Shown in pieces: positions 1 through 11,241 of a DNA stretch of 64,000 nucleotides (the stretch's first letter is position 1; each line of letters begins with the position of its first letter). Source of the DNA: Savitreella phatthalungensis. Its lineage: Eukaryota. Under the pieces are notes generated by a model. That model did no database searches and was not told the origin of the DNA. It saw nothing but the letters and a program-made list of their open reading frames with translations. The translations under genes and the position numbers were made by a program. The stretch spans positions 186,001 to 250,000 of the forward strand of contig AP039705.1 of the NCBI GenBank assembly GCA_051599415.1. The letters are read 5' to 3'.

Positions 1-211
1 TCTTGTGAGATGTGTTTGTGTGACGAAGTGCTTTTCTGTGTTGATCAATTCAATTGGCTGGCCGTGTTAATTTTGCACTGTGGACGCGTCTGTCACAAGA
101 TCAGAAAACATCATCATTTCTCTCATACGCACGTATATAAGGTAAAGTTGTACGACAGAGCCAGTCATGGATGAAATAACTATCTGAGGGAGATTCTGAG
201 CTTGTTCGAAA

Positions 212-1454
212 ATGCTGGGTGAGTTGGGCGTGCTGACTGGTTTGGCATTGGTGGAAGTGCTGATGTGGGAACGGGCTCGGCAAGCTTTTCCACATTTAGG
301 TCCTGCCATGTTTAACGCTACGCTTGCGGCACTGAGCGATGGTATTGCACAGGCGATCGACAGTCACAGTCGGAGGATTGGTGGTCGACGGAAGGATGTT
401 GTCGATGATGGAGACGAGGACGGAGGCGATGATGAGGAATTGGACGCGCATCGGTGTGCTGTCTTTGCATTCTGGTCGCTGATTTCGACCATGGTGATCG
501 TTGTGCCGTGGGTCGGGATACTGCATCGGACAGGATACTCTCCCCTGATTTGTGCGGTCCTCGATCAGACTGTGATGGCGCCTGTGCTCGTGGCATCGCA
601 GTTGCTATATACGGCAGTGGTCGACATTGTGCTCCCGCCGACCAGTTCGGGCAAGACGTCACGCGCGGCCACACCACGGAATGGCAAACAGTCTCCGCTG
701 GGGGTCGAGGACGCTGACGACACAGGTCTCGGTGGTGCGGTCGGAAGCCGACCTGACTTGCGGTCCCGGCGGTCTGGTAGGGGGATCCTGAGTAGGACGT
801 CATCTGTGGAGAACGGGCTTGGGAAGGGGATCAATGAAGTACGACCTCTAGCTGTTAATGTGCCTGCGCATGCACCGGCGCCTGTGGAAGGGAAGCCAAG
901 GGATACAATTGGCGGAGGTGGAGGACGACGGAAAGTGCTGAGCGCTCATTCAATCCCTCCAACGCCACGGACCTTGTCTGGGACGATGACGCCTGCCGCT
1001 GTGCCACGCAGCCCGAGCAAGGGCGCTGCTGGTAGAGGCGATGATTTGATGGGGACGGCAATCGTGCCTGCGGAGATGCTGGTGAAGAGATTGAGCGAGC
1101 AGCTTCAAGAGGGTGCCGGTCCGACATCGACGCTGACGACAATCATGTCGCGCTTCCGGCAACTGCTGCGGGAGCGGTGGTATCGGAATTGGCGCGACGG
1201 TTGCGTTGTCTGGGGAACCGTGGGTTTAATATCGTTCACGTATGTGCCTGTCCACCGACGACCTGCCTTTGGCGCCCTCATCGGCGTCTTTTGGAACATC
1301 GTAAGCATTTCTGGACATTTCTGTATCGCTCCGCATACTGACAAGCTTCGCTTAGTACTTCTGCCTTGTCAATAGCGAGTCGCCGGGGACCACAGGCGGA
1401 CCACTTGCTCAGGAGATTCAGAGTCCGCTAAAGGCATTGCCCAAGCGGGCTTGA
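212..1454 (+). CDS. Mpv17/PMP22-family membrane protein, spliced (intron 1301-1355; possible extra in-frame intron 219-257)
   Basis: Mpv17-like motifs 'ALSDGIAQ', 'DQTVMAP', 'VWGTVGLISFTYVPVHRRPAF..IGVFWNI'. Intron GTAAGC(1301)..CTGAC..TAG(1355) restores 'WNIYFCLVNS' and ends at TGA 1452-1454. Confidence 0.75.
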
Positions 1455-1517
1455 TCCGGATTGGTGAGAATCCATGCATTCATTCAGTCATGACCTTGTG
1501 CAAGATGAAGCTGCGTC

Positions 1518-2349
1518 TCACTTGGCCTTGGCGTGCTCGACGAACTCGTCAAAGACGAGAGGCCAGGCGTCTTCTTCGTCGTATCCTTCGAAGGTGTCTT
1601 GGTTGACGATGTTGAGGAAGTCGTAGAGGAGGTTCCATGTATCTCTGTTGACAGCTTTTGCCTTTTGCTGGAGGAACGCCTTCCACTGTGTGAGTCTCTT
1701 GAAGCCTCTGACGCCTTGGTCGGCGGTGAAGAGGAGGTCCCAGTAGACGCAGGCGACGTCTAGCGGGAGTGTGCGCGAGGGTGGCTGGAGTGCGAGGGTG
1801 AAGGTGTGTAGGTACGTCCGCTTGAACAGCTCTTTGTCCTGGTCGAGTTGCGTTGTCAGGGACCCTGCAACGCGCTGCATGTCTTCCAGCCGGTACACCC
1901 CTAGCCCGCGCCACCCACTCACAAACCCATCCTTCTCCATCACACCCGTAGACGGGCAACCTAGCAGTGTCTGCAACGCCAACACACCTGGCTCTTCCAG
2001 ATCGATACCGAGGTCGTCTGAAAAGTACCGCATCGTGCCGTCGATGTCTACACGAAGGTCTCCTTTGGTCTCTGTGTACGTGTCGAAGATTTTGTCTAGA
2101 TTCTTGAGGTCTGCCTTGGATGGACCCTGAGGGGCTGCAGATCCGCCGCCGGGAGCAGAGCGTGCTGTGAGGTATGTATCGATCGCGGCATCCAATGTGT
2201 TCCGATGTGCTTTCAGGTATTTGAGCGCTGATGACTCGCTAGCTCCTGTACTGTAATCGTGTCAATCTTGCTGTTCACACGGGACGTATGCGGCAATGTG
2301 GAACTTACATATCTCTGAACTTGGCTACGAGCTGCCGCTGCGACGACAT
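1518..2349 (-). CDS. DCN1: DCN1 (defective in cullin neddylation), UBA-like plus PONY/cullin-binding domain; intron 2251-2308
   Basis: Exon 1 ATG at 2349 plus a GTAAGT..TTGAC..CAG intron gives MSSQRQLVAKFRDITGASESSALKYLK. C-terminus 'DTWNLLYDF...YDEEDAWPLVFDEFVE' is the DCN1 signature. Confidence 0.92.
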
Positions 2350-2594
2350 GGTCACCTGAGATAGAAGAGGAGGTGTAAGAAACTGCTCTTCAAGGATACT
2401 GGTAGGTAAATGGGTCTTGTGATATGACGCCAGCTGTGGTTAATGATGCAGGCTGCATTCCCACTGTAGATGCACGTGCAGGATATTTACTTCATGCAGT
2501 ACACCTTTGGAAAGCCACAATCGCAAGAGTGTTGACTTGTGTATCCATCTATAGATGTACTTTACAGTGTTCTATGTGCTGCTCTTTACATTTG

Positions 2595-3716
2595 TCATGG
2601 ACTTTGGGTGTCTGGCTGAGCGACGAGGGATTCGAGGTACGGTCGCTGTGAGTCTGTGATATTGAGGGTGGCGAGAGCGGCATGCCAGGCATCCCACCAC
2701 CAGACGTGTAGCCAAGGGTCATTTTCGTCGTTTCTGCCGGTTGAGGAGCTGGCTATGGTGCGTGAGACTGGATCCTTCCATGGTTTGTCGCAGATGAAGT
2801 GTAGGTTCTTGACGTCTCCGTCGCGCCAGTGGTTGCTGTGCCAGTCTCTGGAGATCTTGACGGCGTTGTACGTGTACGAGAGCGATCGCCAGCACGTAGC
2901 ATCGCTGTCTTCCCCTCCACCCTCCCGCACACCAAACAGACCGGTCAGCACATCCTGGTCAGGAAACTGGAACAGCTCGCCATCGCGTGGCGATCGCATG
3001 TATGCTTGCATCTTGTCCCACCATGTCGGATCTGGCGTCATGACGACAAGACCAGAGTTCAATTGCTGACAACCGAAGTCGGCTGCGAGGTCTGTGGGTG
3101 CTGGATGCATGAGTGCTTGCTCTGGATTGGTGGCTTTGGTGAACGGACAGTTTTCGGGGATCCAGTTATCGGGCGCCCAGTCAGAGCGGTCGATGTTGCA
3201 GATGCAGCCGTGTGCAGAGAGAATACCATTGCCATTGTCGGGCAGTGGCGCGTAGAACAACTCGTCCATGTTCTGGAGGACGAGCATGTCGTTGTCAATC
3301 ATGACTACTCGGCGGTATCCCTCTAGGGTCAGACAACGTAGCTTTGTCCAGGTGTCTGCGAATCGCTCTGCGATCAGGGACACCTTGGGCGGTGGGAGGA
3401 TCGGGTCGACGTGGACAGCGCGTATGCCGAGGGATGCGATGACATCACGTGCGTTTTGGGAGAGCGTGTCTGTGTAGAGGACAATGAGCGGGAAGGCGGA
3501 CTCAACTGCACGGAGAGAGTAGTGTAGGACGATCAAGCCAGGCAGATATGTCTCTCGAGTGAGCAACGTCGCCCAGCAGCCAGCTTCAGGGTACGGTGTG
3601 CATTCTAATCCGAGTCTGGAGATCTCGGCTGTGAGATGTGTTTGTGTGCCAGGTCCAGGCCGTGGTACGCCAAGAGTGTATGATGCCGGACAATGCTCTT
3701 GGACGCCGGTAGTCAT
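2595..3716 (-). CDS. Glycosyltransferase family 8 (glycogenin/galactinol-synthase-like)
   Basis: WATLLT..YLPG, 'WTKL', DxD motif 'IDNDMLVLQNMDELF', 'LNSGLVV', 'FPDQD', 'HFICDKPW'. First ATG at 3716. Confidence 0.88.
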   Translation of the reverse strand: MTTGVQEHCPASYTLGVPRPGPGTQTHLTAEISRLGLECTPYPEAGCWATLLTRETYLPGLIVLHYSLRAVESAFPLIVLYTDTLSQNARDVIASLGIRAVHVDPILPPPKVSLIAERFADTWTKLRCLTLEGYRRVVMIDNDMLVLQNMDELFYAPLPDNGNGILSAHGCICNIDRSDWAPDNWIPENCPFTKATNPEQALMHPAPTDLAADFGCQQLNSGLVVMTPDPTWWDKMQAYMRSPRDGELFQFPDQDVLTGLFGVREGGGEDSDATCWRSLSYTYNAVKISRDWHSNHWRDGDVKNLHFICDKPWKDPVSRTIASSSTGRNDENDPWLHVWWWDAWHAALATLNITDSQRPYLESLVAQPDTQSP

Positions 3717-4145
3717 GACTCTGGAAGAGCACAGAAGTGGGTTGATGTGCTGACGGATGATCGCATGGCTTACTCGCTCGCTTGATGAAGACAAAATGGT
3801 TGATTGTAATGCTCGAGAGTGAGAAACCAGATCTTCGATTCATCTCAAAACAGTCGATCTCAATTCTCGATCTGGATCTGACATAGTAAGAGTCGAATTT
3901 CAGATTGACAAATCCAATTGGTCGATTACCCGTCAATCTCAGCAGGTCACACACATCCATTTGCACACACTTGAAAGACAGCAAGCACTCTTAGGAGTCA
4001 ATGAACATCACCCCATCCGCGAAAGTGTGATACGTTGACGCAGATGAAGTGGATAGTAGGGTAGAGATGGGTTTTTATGGTCATACATAATGGGTTTACA
4101 GACGGCAGAGCGGGATTGGAAGATTTTCATGGACAGCTGAGCTGT

Positions 4146-5612
4146 TCAGGGCCTGCGGTTGATTTGGTGGAGGTGAGACGCGCCATACGGTGCAGGCTGG
4201 CCTGCTGGAGTACTTGTCCCTGTACCTGAGGCTGATCCCGAATGTGATCCTGACGTTGGACCGTGGTGGAACCCGTTTGAGAGCGGCGCTGGCGTGGAGT
4301 TTCGACCTACAATGGTCTCATAGGGCGTGGATGATCGTGCTGATGAGGGTCCTGCTGAGGCGGTGTTGTTCATGTCATAGGCGGGCAAGGAATGGTGGTC
4401 AGTGATGTCGTGGTACATTGGAGGAATCTCGTTGTCCCAGGAGATGCCTAGACCGCCGCGCTCCGTGACTGTGACTGGGAATTGCATCCGCAGGACTCTG
4501 GCAGAGCCTGATGGCAGAGACTCAACCCACCTGCCTGGTCCTCGAGGAGAGATGACGACCTCGTATACAATCGCCTCGATTACGAGCGTGTGAGAGACGA
4601 CGATGCCTGAACCACCTTCAGCTGCGTCTTCGACATCGCAACACGGCTTCGCCGCCAGATGCGTAGAGAATTCCACCTCCATCTCGATCCGCCCATTCTC
4701 GTGCGCGGTCCAGTCGGCCTTCCAACCTTCCTTGAGGTCGCCTGCGCCGACGATACGCGTGTCGGAGTACTCTATCCCGCCCGGTGATTCAGCTGTCGCG
4801 TTGTTGCCCGACACTCGGGATTTGTGTGTTTTGCATGCGGGCGAGATCACCTTGGACAGCTCGTCAATCCGCCAGTTGACCTTTTTCAGCTTCCATCGCT
4901 GTGTATTGGTCGGTGTGGCAGGCTGGACGCCTGTGAATGCGAGCGTGCCCATCCAGTGACTTCCAGGGTTGCAGACCGTAGGCATGATGAGGACCGCTGT
5001 AAGAGACGTCGGCGGGAAGACGCGCTGTGAGGTCTTGTCTCCAGATGGGAGAATGGCACGTGCAAGCTTGAGTGGTCGGTTAGCCACCATCGCCTTGTAC
5101 TGTTGCGGATTAGGCTGAATGGTCGCCACGAGCTCGTACTCGATCATGGCAAGTGCACTGGAAGTTGTCGCGGGCAGAGAACCTGCGAAGAGGTAGCTGA
5201 AGGGATAGGCGTGAGTACCCTGTAGAAGTGTCAGAGGATTCTCAAAGAAGTTCCAGGACTTGAGAGTGTTTGTGCGCGTCTTGCAGGTCTTGCATGTTGG
5301 ATGAATCGGTCGACGCGTGGAGATGTTCATGTTGAGTTCCATTCGCATCTGCTGGAGCTCGAGCGATTTCGAGAGGACTGTGACTTTGAGACATCCGCTC
5401 ATCAATGCACCGGAGGAGTCATTTGCTGGGCCATAGCAGACGAGCGGTGGTGACTCGAATGAGAGGTCAACTGAGAGATCTGTACAGGTCGGAAGTGCCG
5501 AAGGGACTGCCCCGCTGGACTTGCGTCTCAGCGGGAGTTTCTCAGAGTGTATGCGGTTCAGCCTTGAGGAAGAAGAAGGTATGTCAGATGAGATGTTCAC
5601 GTGGAAATGCAC
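4146..5612 (-). CDS. LDB19: Arrestin-related trafficking adaptor, LDB19/ART1 family (start codon unresolved)
   Basis: 'ESPPLVCYG...SSGALMSG', 'HAYPFSYLFAGSLPAT', 'RVFPPT', 'WKLKKVNWRIDE', 'ARVLRMQF..TERGGLGISWDNEIPPMY', with PY motifs PPMY and LPAY. Confidence 0.88.
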   Translation of the reverse strand: MHFHVNISSDIPSSSSRLNRIHSEKLPLRRKSSGAVPSALPTCTDLSVDLSFESPPLVCYGPANDSSGALMSGCLKVTVLSKSLELQQMRMELNMNISTRRPIHPTCKTCKTRTNTLKSWNFFENPLTLLQGTHAYPFSYLFAGSLPATTSSALAMIEYELVATIQPNPQQYKAMVANRPLKLARAILPSGDKTSQRVFPPTSLTAVLIMPTVCNPGSHWMGTLAFTGVQPATPTNTQRWKLKKVNWRIDELSKVISPACKTHKSRVSGNNATAESPGGIEYSDTRIVGAGDLKEGWKADWTAHENGRIEMEVEFSTHLAAKPCCDVEDAAEGGSGIVVSHTLVIEAIVYEVVISPRGPGRWVESLPSGSARVLRMQFPVTVTERGGLGISWDNEIPPMYHDITDHHSLPAYDMNNTASAGPSSARSSTPYETIVGRNSTPAPLSNGFHHGPTSGSHSGSASGTGTSTPAGQPAPYGASHLHQINRRP

Positions 5613-6528
5613 GATGGGGACGAGTGTTGCTTACTTGACTGTTTGTGTAGAAGGCGCGTGTGCAGGTGGCTGTAGCGAGTCAAAGGCGTCGATTGAAAAG
5701 TGTCGGATCCTTCAGAGCAAAACTCTTGCGGTGAGATAGAGAGAGACAGAGTAGATTGGGTTGATGAGTGTGGATTGCTGATGTGTTGAGCTGAATCTAG
5801 CTGTTACGTTGACTCCGAGGAAGCGAGTGACCGAGTTGGAAATTGGAATGATGAGTTAGAGTGGTAGCGACGTTGATGGCGCGCGTCGCTTGGAAAGGGA
5901 CTTGTTGATCACGGTTGATGGGAGGCTATATGGAGTACATCTCCAAGGTGTCTCTGTGTCTACGAGCGTGTATGATTGTGTGGGTGAGTAAGTGAGTGGA
6001 TGGTATATAGTGTGTATAGAGTAGTGTGGGTCGATCGCGTAACTGAGTTACAGACTCCAGCTCTGAAGATTTTAAAAATGAAAAGGCTTAGACATACATA
6101 CGTGAACGTTCGAGCAAATACACCTACTAAATACGTTGATATTGATCATGTGCAGATTGAAATTTCTAACTGTAACCTGTCAAATTTCAAATTGAATGAG
6201 AAACGTTCAACATGCAGGAGATTAAGATTGATCAGTGTACTTATTGTACAGATGCACCCATACACCATCAGATACTCACTCACTAGCTCACACACTAGCT
6301 CTCATCAAGTATGACTGTTCCAGAAGTCTCTGGTCAGATGACGCGCTCTCTTATCATCACGATCGCGATCACAATCACAATCAGCAGTCGATGCACATGC
6401 AGGAGAAAGTTTTTGATCTCGGTAGGCGTATGTAAGAATAGGGGAGGGGATATGATAACACTTGGCCTACTAGATAGGAAGTGGATGATAGAAGGGGTTT
6501 TTCTTCGGGGAGGAAATCAGGGTCCCAC

Positions 6529-7851
6529 TCAGACACCCTTGTCGAGGATGTTGGTGACGAGACCAGTACCGACAGTACGGCCTCCTTCACGGATGGTGAA
6601 TCTGGATCCTTGCTCTAGGGCGATTGGGTGGACAAGCTCGCATTGGAGATCGACTGTGTCGCCCGGCATGACGAGTTCTCCCTCTGGTGCACCCTCCTTG
6701 CGGGTCAGGACGATGGTGACGTCTGCCGTGCGGATGAACATCTGTGGGCGGTAGTGGTCAGCAAATCCTGTGCGGCGGCCTCCTTCGTCCTTTGTCAGGA
6801 TGTAGAAGGATGCGTCAAACTTCTTGTGTGCCTTGACGGTGTTGGGAGCGGTGATGACCATGCCACGACGGACCTGCTCGCGCTTGATGCCACGGAGCAG
6901 GAGACCGCAGTTGTCGCCGGCCGTCGCTGCGTCCAGCTCCTTCTTGAATGCCTCAACACCAGTGATGGTGGTCTTCAGCGGTGGTCCGAATCCGACAATC
7001 TCGACTTCCGCTCCCTTCTTCAGCTGTCCACGCTCGACGCGGCCCGTGACGACCGTACCTCTGCCAGAGATCGAGAATGTGTCTTCGCACGGCATGAGGA
7101 ACGGCTTTGCGAGGTCACGCTCTGGCACAGGAATGTAGTCGTCCACGGCTGCCATCAGCTTGTCGATGGCCTGTTCGCCGATCTCTGGGTCACGTCCCTC
7201 GAGAGCGGCAAGTGCGGAACCCATGACGATCGGCGTATTGTCACCATCAAAGTCGTATGTGGCAAGGAGCTCGCGCATCTCCATCTCCACGAGCTCGAGC
7301 ATCTCCTTGTCGTCTACGGCATCCACCTTGTTGATGAAGACCACAAGCTTCTGGATACCGACCTGCTTGGCCAGCAGCAGGTGCTCGCGTGTCTGTGGCA
7401 TTTGACCGTCCGTGGCAGAGACGACGATGATGGCACCGTCCATCTGGGATGCGCCAGTAATCATGTTCTTGATGTAGTCTGCGTGTCCCGGGCAGTCGAC
7501 ATGGGAGTAGTGACGGGAGGCTGTCTGGTACTCGACGTGTGCAGTGGCGATGGTGATACCACGTGCCTTCTCTTCAGGTGCCTTGTCGATCTGGTTGTAG
7601 TCCATGAAGGATGCGCCTCCCTTTGCAGAGAGGACCTTTGTGATGGCGGCTGTGAGCGTGGTCTTGCCATGGTCGACGTGGCCGATAGTACCGATGTTGA
7701 GATGAGGCTTTGACCGGTCGAATGTAGCGTGACGGCGGCTTGCAGGGATAGCCGATGTGGATGTTGCGACTCTTGAGCATGAAAGAGTTGCTGGCCTTGC
7801 GGCTAGCGACTGGGCTGTATGCCTCAATAGACCAAGGACCGATCTGGACAT
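6529..7851 (-). CDS. TUF1: Mitochondrial elongation factor Tu
   Basis: [29 protein letters not shown] motifs. Arg/Ser-rich presequence from ATG 7851. Confidence 0.97.
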   Translation of the reverse strand: MSRSVLGLLRHTAQSLAARPATLSCSRVATSTSAIPASRRHATFDRSKPHLNIGTIGHVDHGKTTLTAAITKVLSAKGGASFMDYNQIDKAPEEKARGITIATAHVEYQTASRHYSHVDCPGHADYIKNMITGASQMDGAIIVVSATDGQMPQTREHLLLAKQVGIQKLVVFINKVDAVDDKEMLELVEMEMRELLATYDFDGDNTPIVMGSALAALEGRDPEIGEQAIDKLMAAVDDYIPVPERDLAKPFLMPCEDTFSISGRGTVVTGRVERGQLKKGAEVEIVGFGPPLKTTITGVEAFKKELDAATAGDNCGLLLRGIKREQVRRGMVITAPNTVKAHKKFDASFYILTKDEGGRRTGFADHYRPQMFIRTADVTIVLTRKEGAPEGELVMPGDTVDLQCELVHPIALEQGSRFTIREGGRTVGTGLVTNILDKGV

Positions 7852-8445
7852 CTTGAGACCGTGTGTCACTGGTTCAAAAGATGGACAGTCTAGATGGTTA
7901 GAGGTCTTTAAGAGTTGCGTGAGTCTTTGCAAGTATACCCTTAAGAAGGTTGGTCTAGTACTTACTGTGTGAGTGTAAACTTTTTTTCCTTCGGAATTGT
8001 ACAGAGTGAATACTGGAGATGTTTTAACACGTGCTGAGGTCAGCGACTGACCTTATATGCACTGCCCTGCACTGCACTCTAGAATTTAATTTGATATTTA
8101 TTAATTGTATACACTCCAACTGTCCACTGTATACTGCATAGATCTATAGTATACTCGATAAGATGATTGAAATATATCGTGCACATATCGGATTCTGGAT
8201 CTGAATTGCACTTCACGCACGCACAGATGCAGCATTGACTGCACTGTGAAGAGTGAGAGCAACAGGAGTCATGACGCACACTAGTCCCAATGCACAAAGT
8301 AAAGGTGGGTTCAACGAGGTGAAGATGCACGCAAGGATCATCAGACAGCTCCCACTCACGTGCCTCTAGCCCAAAGGCCTCACCTCATCATAAGACCTCC
8401 GGTCGGCAGTGCAGTTACAGCAGCAGCAGCAGCAGCGGTGTAGAG

Positions 8446-9423
8446 ATGTCTCGCTCTTTAGAATCTGCACGGAAGTACTGCCTGGACACGTTGCAGCGGT
8501 ACGACTACCCTAGCTACTTGTTGTATGGTCGATGTCCTGGTCGTGGTCGGGATGCGTTTCTGGCTCTGCGGGCATTTAATGTTGACCTTGCGCTTGTGCC
8601 TGACCAGGTGAGCCAGGCTGTTGTGGGTCGGATGCGATATCAGTTCTGGACTGAGACTGTGGACAAGTGTTTCCGCGGCACTCCGCCTGCCCAGCCAGTA
8701 GCCCTCCTCCTCCACCACGTGCTAGACACCTGTCCACCCAACAACACACTCACAAAGCCCTACCTGCTCAGAATGATCGCCGAGCGCGAGACCAGGATCG
8801 ACGACATGTCCTTCCCGACCATCGACAAGGCCGAGCGGTATGCCGAGCGGACGAGTTCTACATTGCTGTACCTGCAGCTTGAGTCGCTTGGGATTCGACT
8901 GCCTGCTGTGGACGACTGCGCTCAGCATGTGGGATTGGCGACTGGTCTCGTGTCGCTGGTGCGCGGGTTTGGGTATTACCTTGAGCGCCGCCAGGTGGTG
9001 ATTCCTGCCGACTTGTGTGCTCACGCTGGTGTTCGGCAGGAGGACCTCCTCCGTGCTGTCGGCGCCACGCACAACACGGCTACCCCGGAGTCGCTCAAAT
9101 CTCCACCGGCACCGCTAGCCGCCAGAATCGATCCACAGCTCCGGTCACGGCTACAGGACGCGACGTTTGCCATGGCCACGCGTGCCAATGATCACTTGAT
9201 TTCCGCAGCGGTTAGGATCAGGGACGATCTGGGAGGGAAGGGTGGATCGCAGAGGGAAGAGAAGCTGGCAAAGGTCGCTGACGACGCAAAGTCAGTCCTC
9301 CTAGCTAGAATACCCGCCAAGCTGTTCCTAGAGCGACTCGAGAAACACGACTTTGATCCAACAGCGCCAGCACTACTCAAAAGAGAGTGGAAGCTGCCGT
9401 GGCGGCTGTGGCGAGGCGAGTAA
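8446..9423 (+). CDS. NDUFAF6: Complex I assembly factor 6 (squalene/phytoene synthase-fold)
   Basis: 'YCLDTLQRYDYPSYL', 'LRAFNVDLA', 'GRMRYQFW', 'YAERTSSTLLYL', 'LERLEKHDFD', 'WKLPWRLW'. Confidence 0.88.
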   Translation: MSRSLESARKYCLDTLQRYDYPSYLLYGRCPGRGRDAFLALRAFNVDLALVPDQVSQAVVGRMRYQFWTETVDKCFRGTPPAQPVALLLHHVLDTCPPNNTLTKPYLLRMIAERETRIDDMSFPTIDKAERYAERTSSTLLYLQLESLGIRLPAVDDCAQHVGLATGLVSLVRGFGYYLERRQVVIPADLCAHAGVRQEDLLRAVGATHNTATPESLKSPPAPLAARIDPQLRSRLQDATFAMATRANDHLISAAVRIRDDLGGKGGSQREEKLAKVADDAKSVLLARIPAKLFLERLEKHDFDPTAPALLKREWKLPWRLWRGE

Positions 9424-9612
9424 GAGACGACACATGGAGATGATGGATATCAGCATCGAAGGAATTTTGCATGACCTGGAAAGACATATGATAAGGACGC
9501 ATAAAGACTATGGAGAAAATATTGGTGAGAAGGGAAAAGAGTCCGAGGATGGAACATAGACGTCGGAGATGAGTGAGAAGATGGAGCCAGTGGACAAGGC
9601 CACACGGGATAG

Positions 9613-11241
9613 TTATACACGCCAATCGGGCTGACCGACTTGGAGGTCGAGGATATTGCGCTCGTACCGCCTGAGGTCCGGTGAGTCGAGCGGGTTGGGA
9701 CCGTCAGTCTGGTCATGCTTGTACTGGTGCTGGTGCTTGGTCGACATGGATAGTCGCGGCTGGTGGCCGACCGGTTTTGAATGGACGTAGCGCGATCTGC
9801 TATTCACAGGATTTCCTGGCGCCGCGCCTGCAGATGCAGCGGCTGCAGCAGCAGCGAATGCTGCACCCCGGTCGCTCATGGAACTCTGCTGGCGGTGCGA
9901 TCGAGGTGGGGAGCTGCTGAAATGCGTGTACGATGAGCCCATGCCGGACGATGATCGACCACTCACAATATCCTGGTTGAATCCGAGACCCTGCACAGGA
10001 TAAGGTGTGAGTGGGACAAATCCACTCATTGCGGCTGCCGCGGCCGCTGCTGCTGCCGCTGCTGTTGCATGGACAGATGGCGTGCGACCATGAGATGGGC
10101 CGCCGATCGATGCAGAGGATGTATGCGGGATGGCTGGCGTCTGGAGGGGCGACTGGTAGTGACCTTGTTCGAGCAATGTGGGTGACGCGTTCTCCGGACG
10201 GTTCTGCCACTTCACCTTGAGTGGTCGCCCTTTTACGATCCTGTCCCTGAGGATGACGATAGCAAGAGCAGCCTGGGCGTGCGTCCTGAGCGTACTGAAT
10301 GCAAATCCCCTGTCGCTGAAACACTTGATTCCGACGAGTTCGAGGTGTGTTGCCGCTGCGGCACCGCCGATCGACGCTTCTGCGGAGAAGAGTGGCTCGA
10401 TGTCGTTCTCGTCCACGTCCGGTGCGAGGTTGCCGAGGTAGACGGTCCGGAGGTCTTCTGGTGTCTGGTCACTGATTCGTCGGTACTCGGAAGATGCGAG
10501 GATATCGCCGACAGAGAGCTCTTGCCGTGATCCTGGACCATTCGATTGTCTCGGGAGCATGTCTCGCTCTGGTGGTGTGGACTTCATCAGGTTTGCCCAA
10601 TTCGTGCGGATATTCCGTGATCCCAACCGGACACCGTTCATCCGATCAAGAGCATGCTCTGCCTCACGCCGATCTCTGAAGGAGACAAAGCCGTAACCAC
10701 GGGATCTGCCTGTCTGCATATCCCAGAGGACTCTAGCGTCTGAGATGCTTCCGAAGCCTTCAAACGCACGGTATAGCCAGTCATCGTTGATCTCTGCCGC
10801 GAGGTCGCCGACGAAGATTGTGTAGTGTGAAGCTGTCTCTGCGCGCGCGCTCGCCGAGACACTCCCCTGGAAAGCCCAGTTGACCTTGATCTGACGAAGT
10901 GCTAGGGTGCGGCCGTTGAGGAGGTCGATCGCTTGCTCTGCCGAAACAGAGTCCTCATACTGTACAAATGCATAGACGTTCTCATGCGTAGGTGTTGACT
11001 TGTCGACTAGCTTGACGGAGAGGATGGGTCCACAGACACTGAATACCTCTTGGATCACACGTTCGTCGGCAGAGCCCTGACCTAGGCCGCCGACGTAGAT
11101 TGTGCGTTTTGCCTCGAGGGAGTCAGTGATTGAGATGGTCGGACATCCACGTGGTGGAGCAGATGGTGGCTGTGGCTGTGGCTGTGACTGTGACTGACGC
11201 TGTGGATGACTGGATGGCTGAGCGTGGCCTACGCCGAGCAT
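9613..11241 (-). CDS. Three-RRM RNA-binding protein, Pub1/TIA-1 family
   Basis: 'IKVNWAFQ', 'IFVGDLAAEIND', 'ARVLWDMQTGRSRGYGFVSF', 'LGSRNIRTNWA', third RRM 'VYLGNL', low-complexity Ala/Ser/Gln tail. Confidence 0.88.
   Translation of the reverse strand: MLGVGHAQPSSHPQRQSQSQPQPQPPSAPPRGCPTISITDSLEAKRTIYVGGLGQGSADERVIQEVFSVCGPILSVKLVDKSTPTHENVYAFVQYEDSVSAEQAIDLLNGRTLALRQIKVNWAFQGSVSASARAETASHYTIFVGDLAAEINDDWLYRAFEGFGSISDARVLWDMQTGRSRGYGFVSFRDRREAEHALDRMNGVRLGSRNIRTNWANLMKSTPPERDMLPRQSNGPGSRQELSVGDILASSEYRRISDQTPEDLRTVYLGNLAPDVDENDIEPLFSAEASIGGAAAATHLELVGIKCFSDRGFAFSTLRTHAQAALAIVILRDRIVKGRPLKVKWQNRPENASPTLLEQGHYQSPLQTPAIPHTSSASIGGPSHGRTPSVHATAAAAAAAAAAAMSGFVPLTPYPVQGLGFNQDIVSGRSSSGMGSSYTHFSSSPPRSHRQQSSMSDRGAAFAAAAAAASAGAAPGNPVNSRSRYVHSKPVGHQPRLSMSTKHQHQYKHDQTDGPNPLDSPDLRRYERNILDLQVGQPDWRV

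Noticed and set aside
6628..7713. 361-aa ORF antisense to TUF1
   Set aside because: Shadow frame caused by the codon bias of a highly expressed gene; no motifs.
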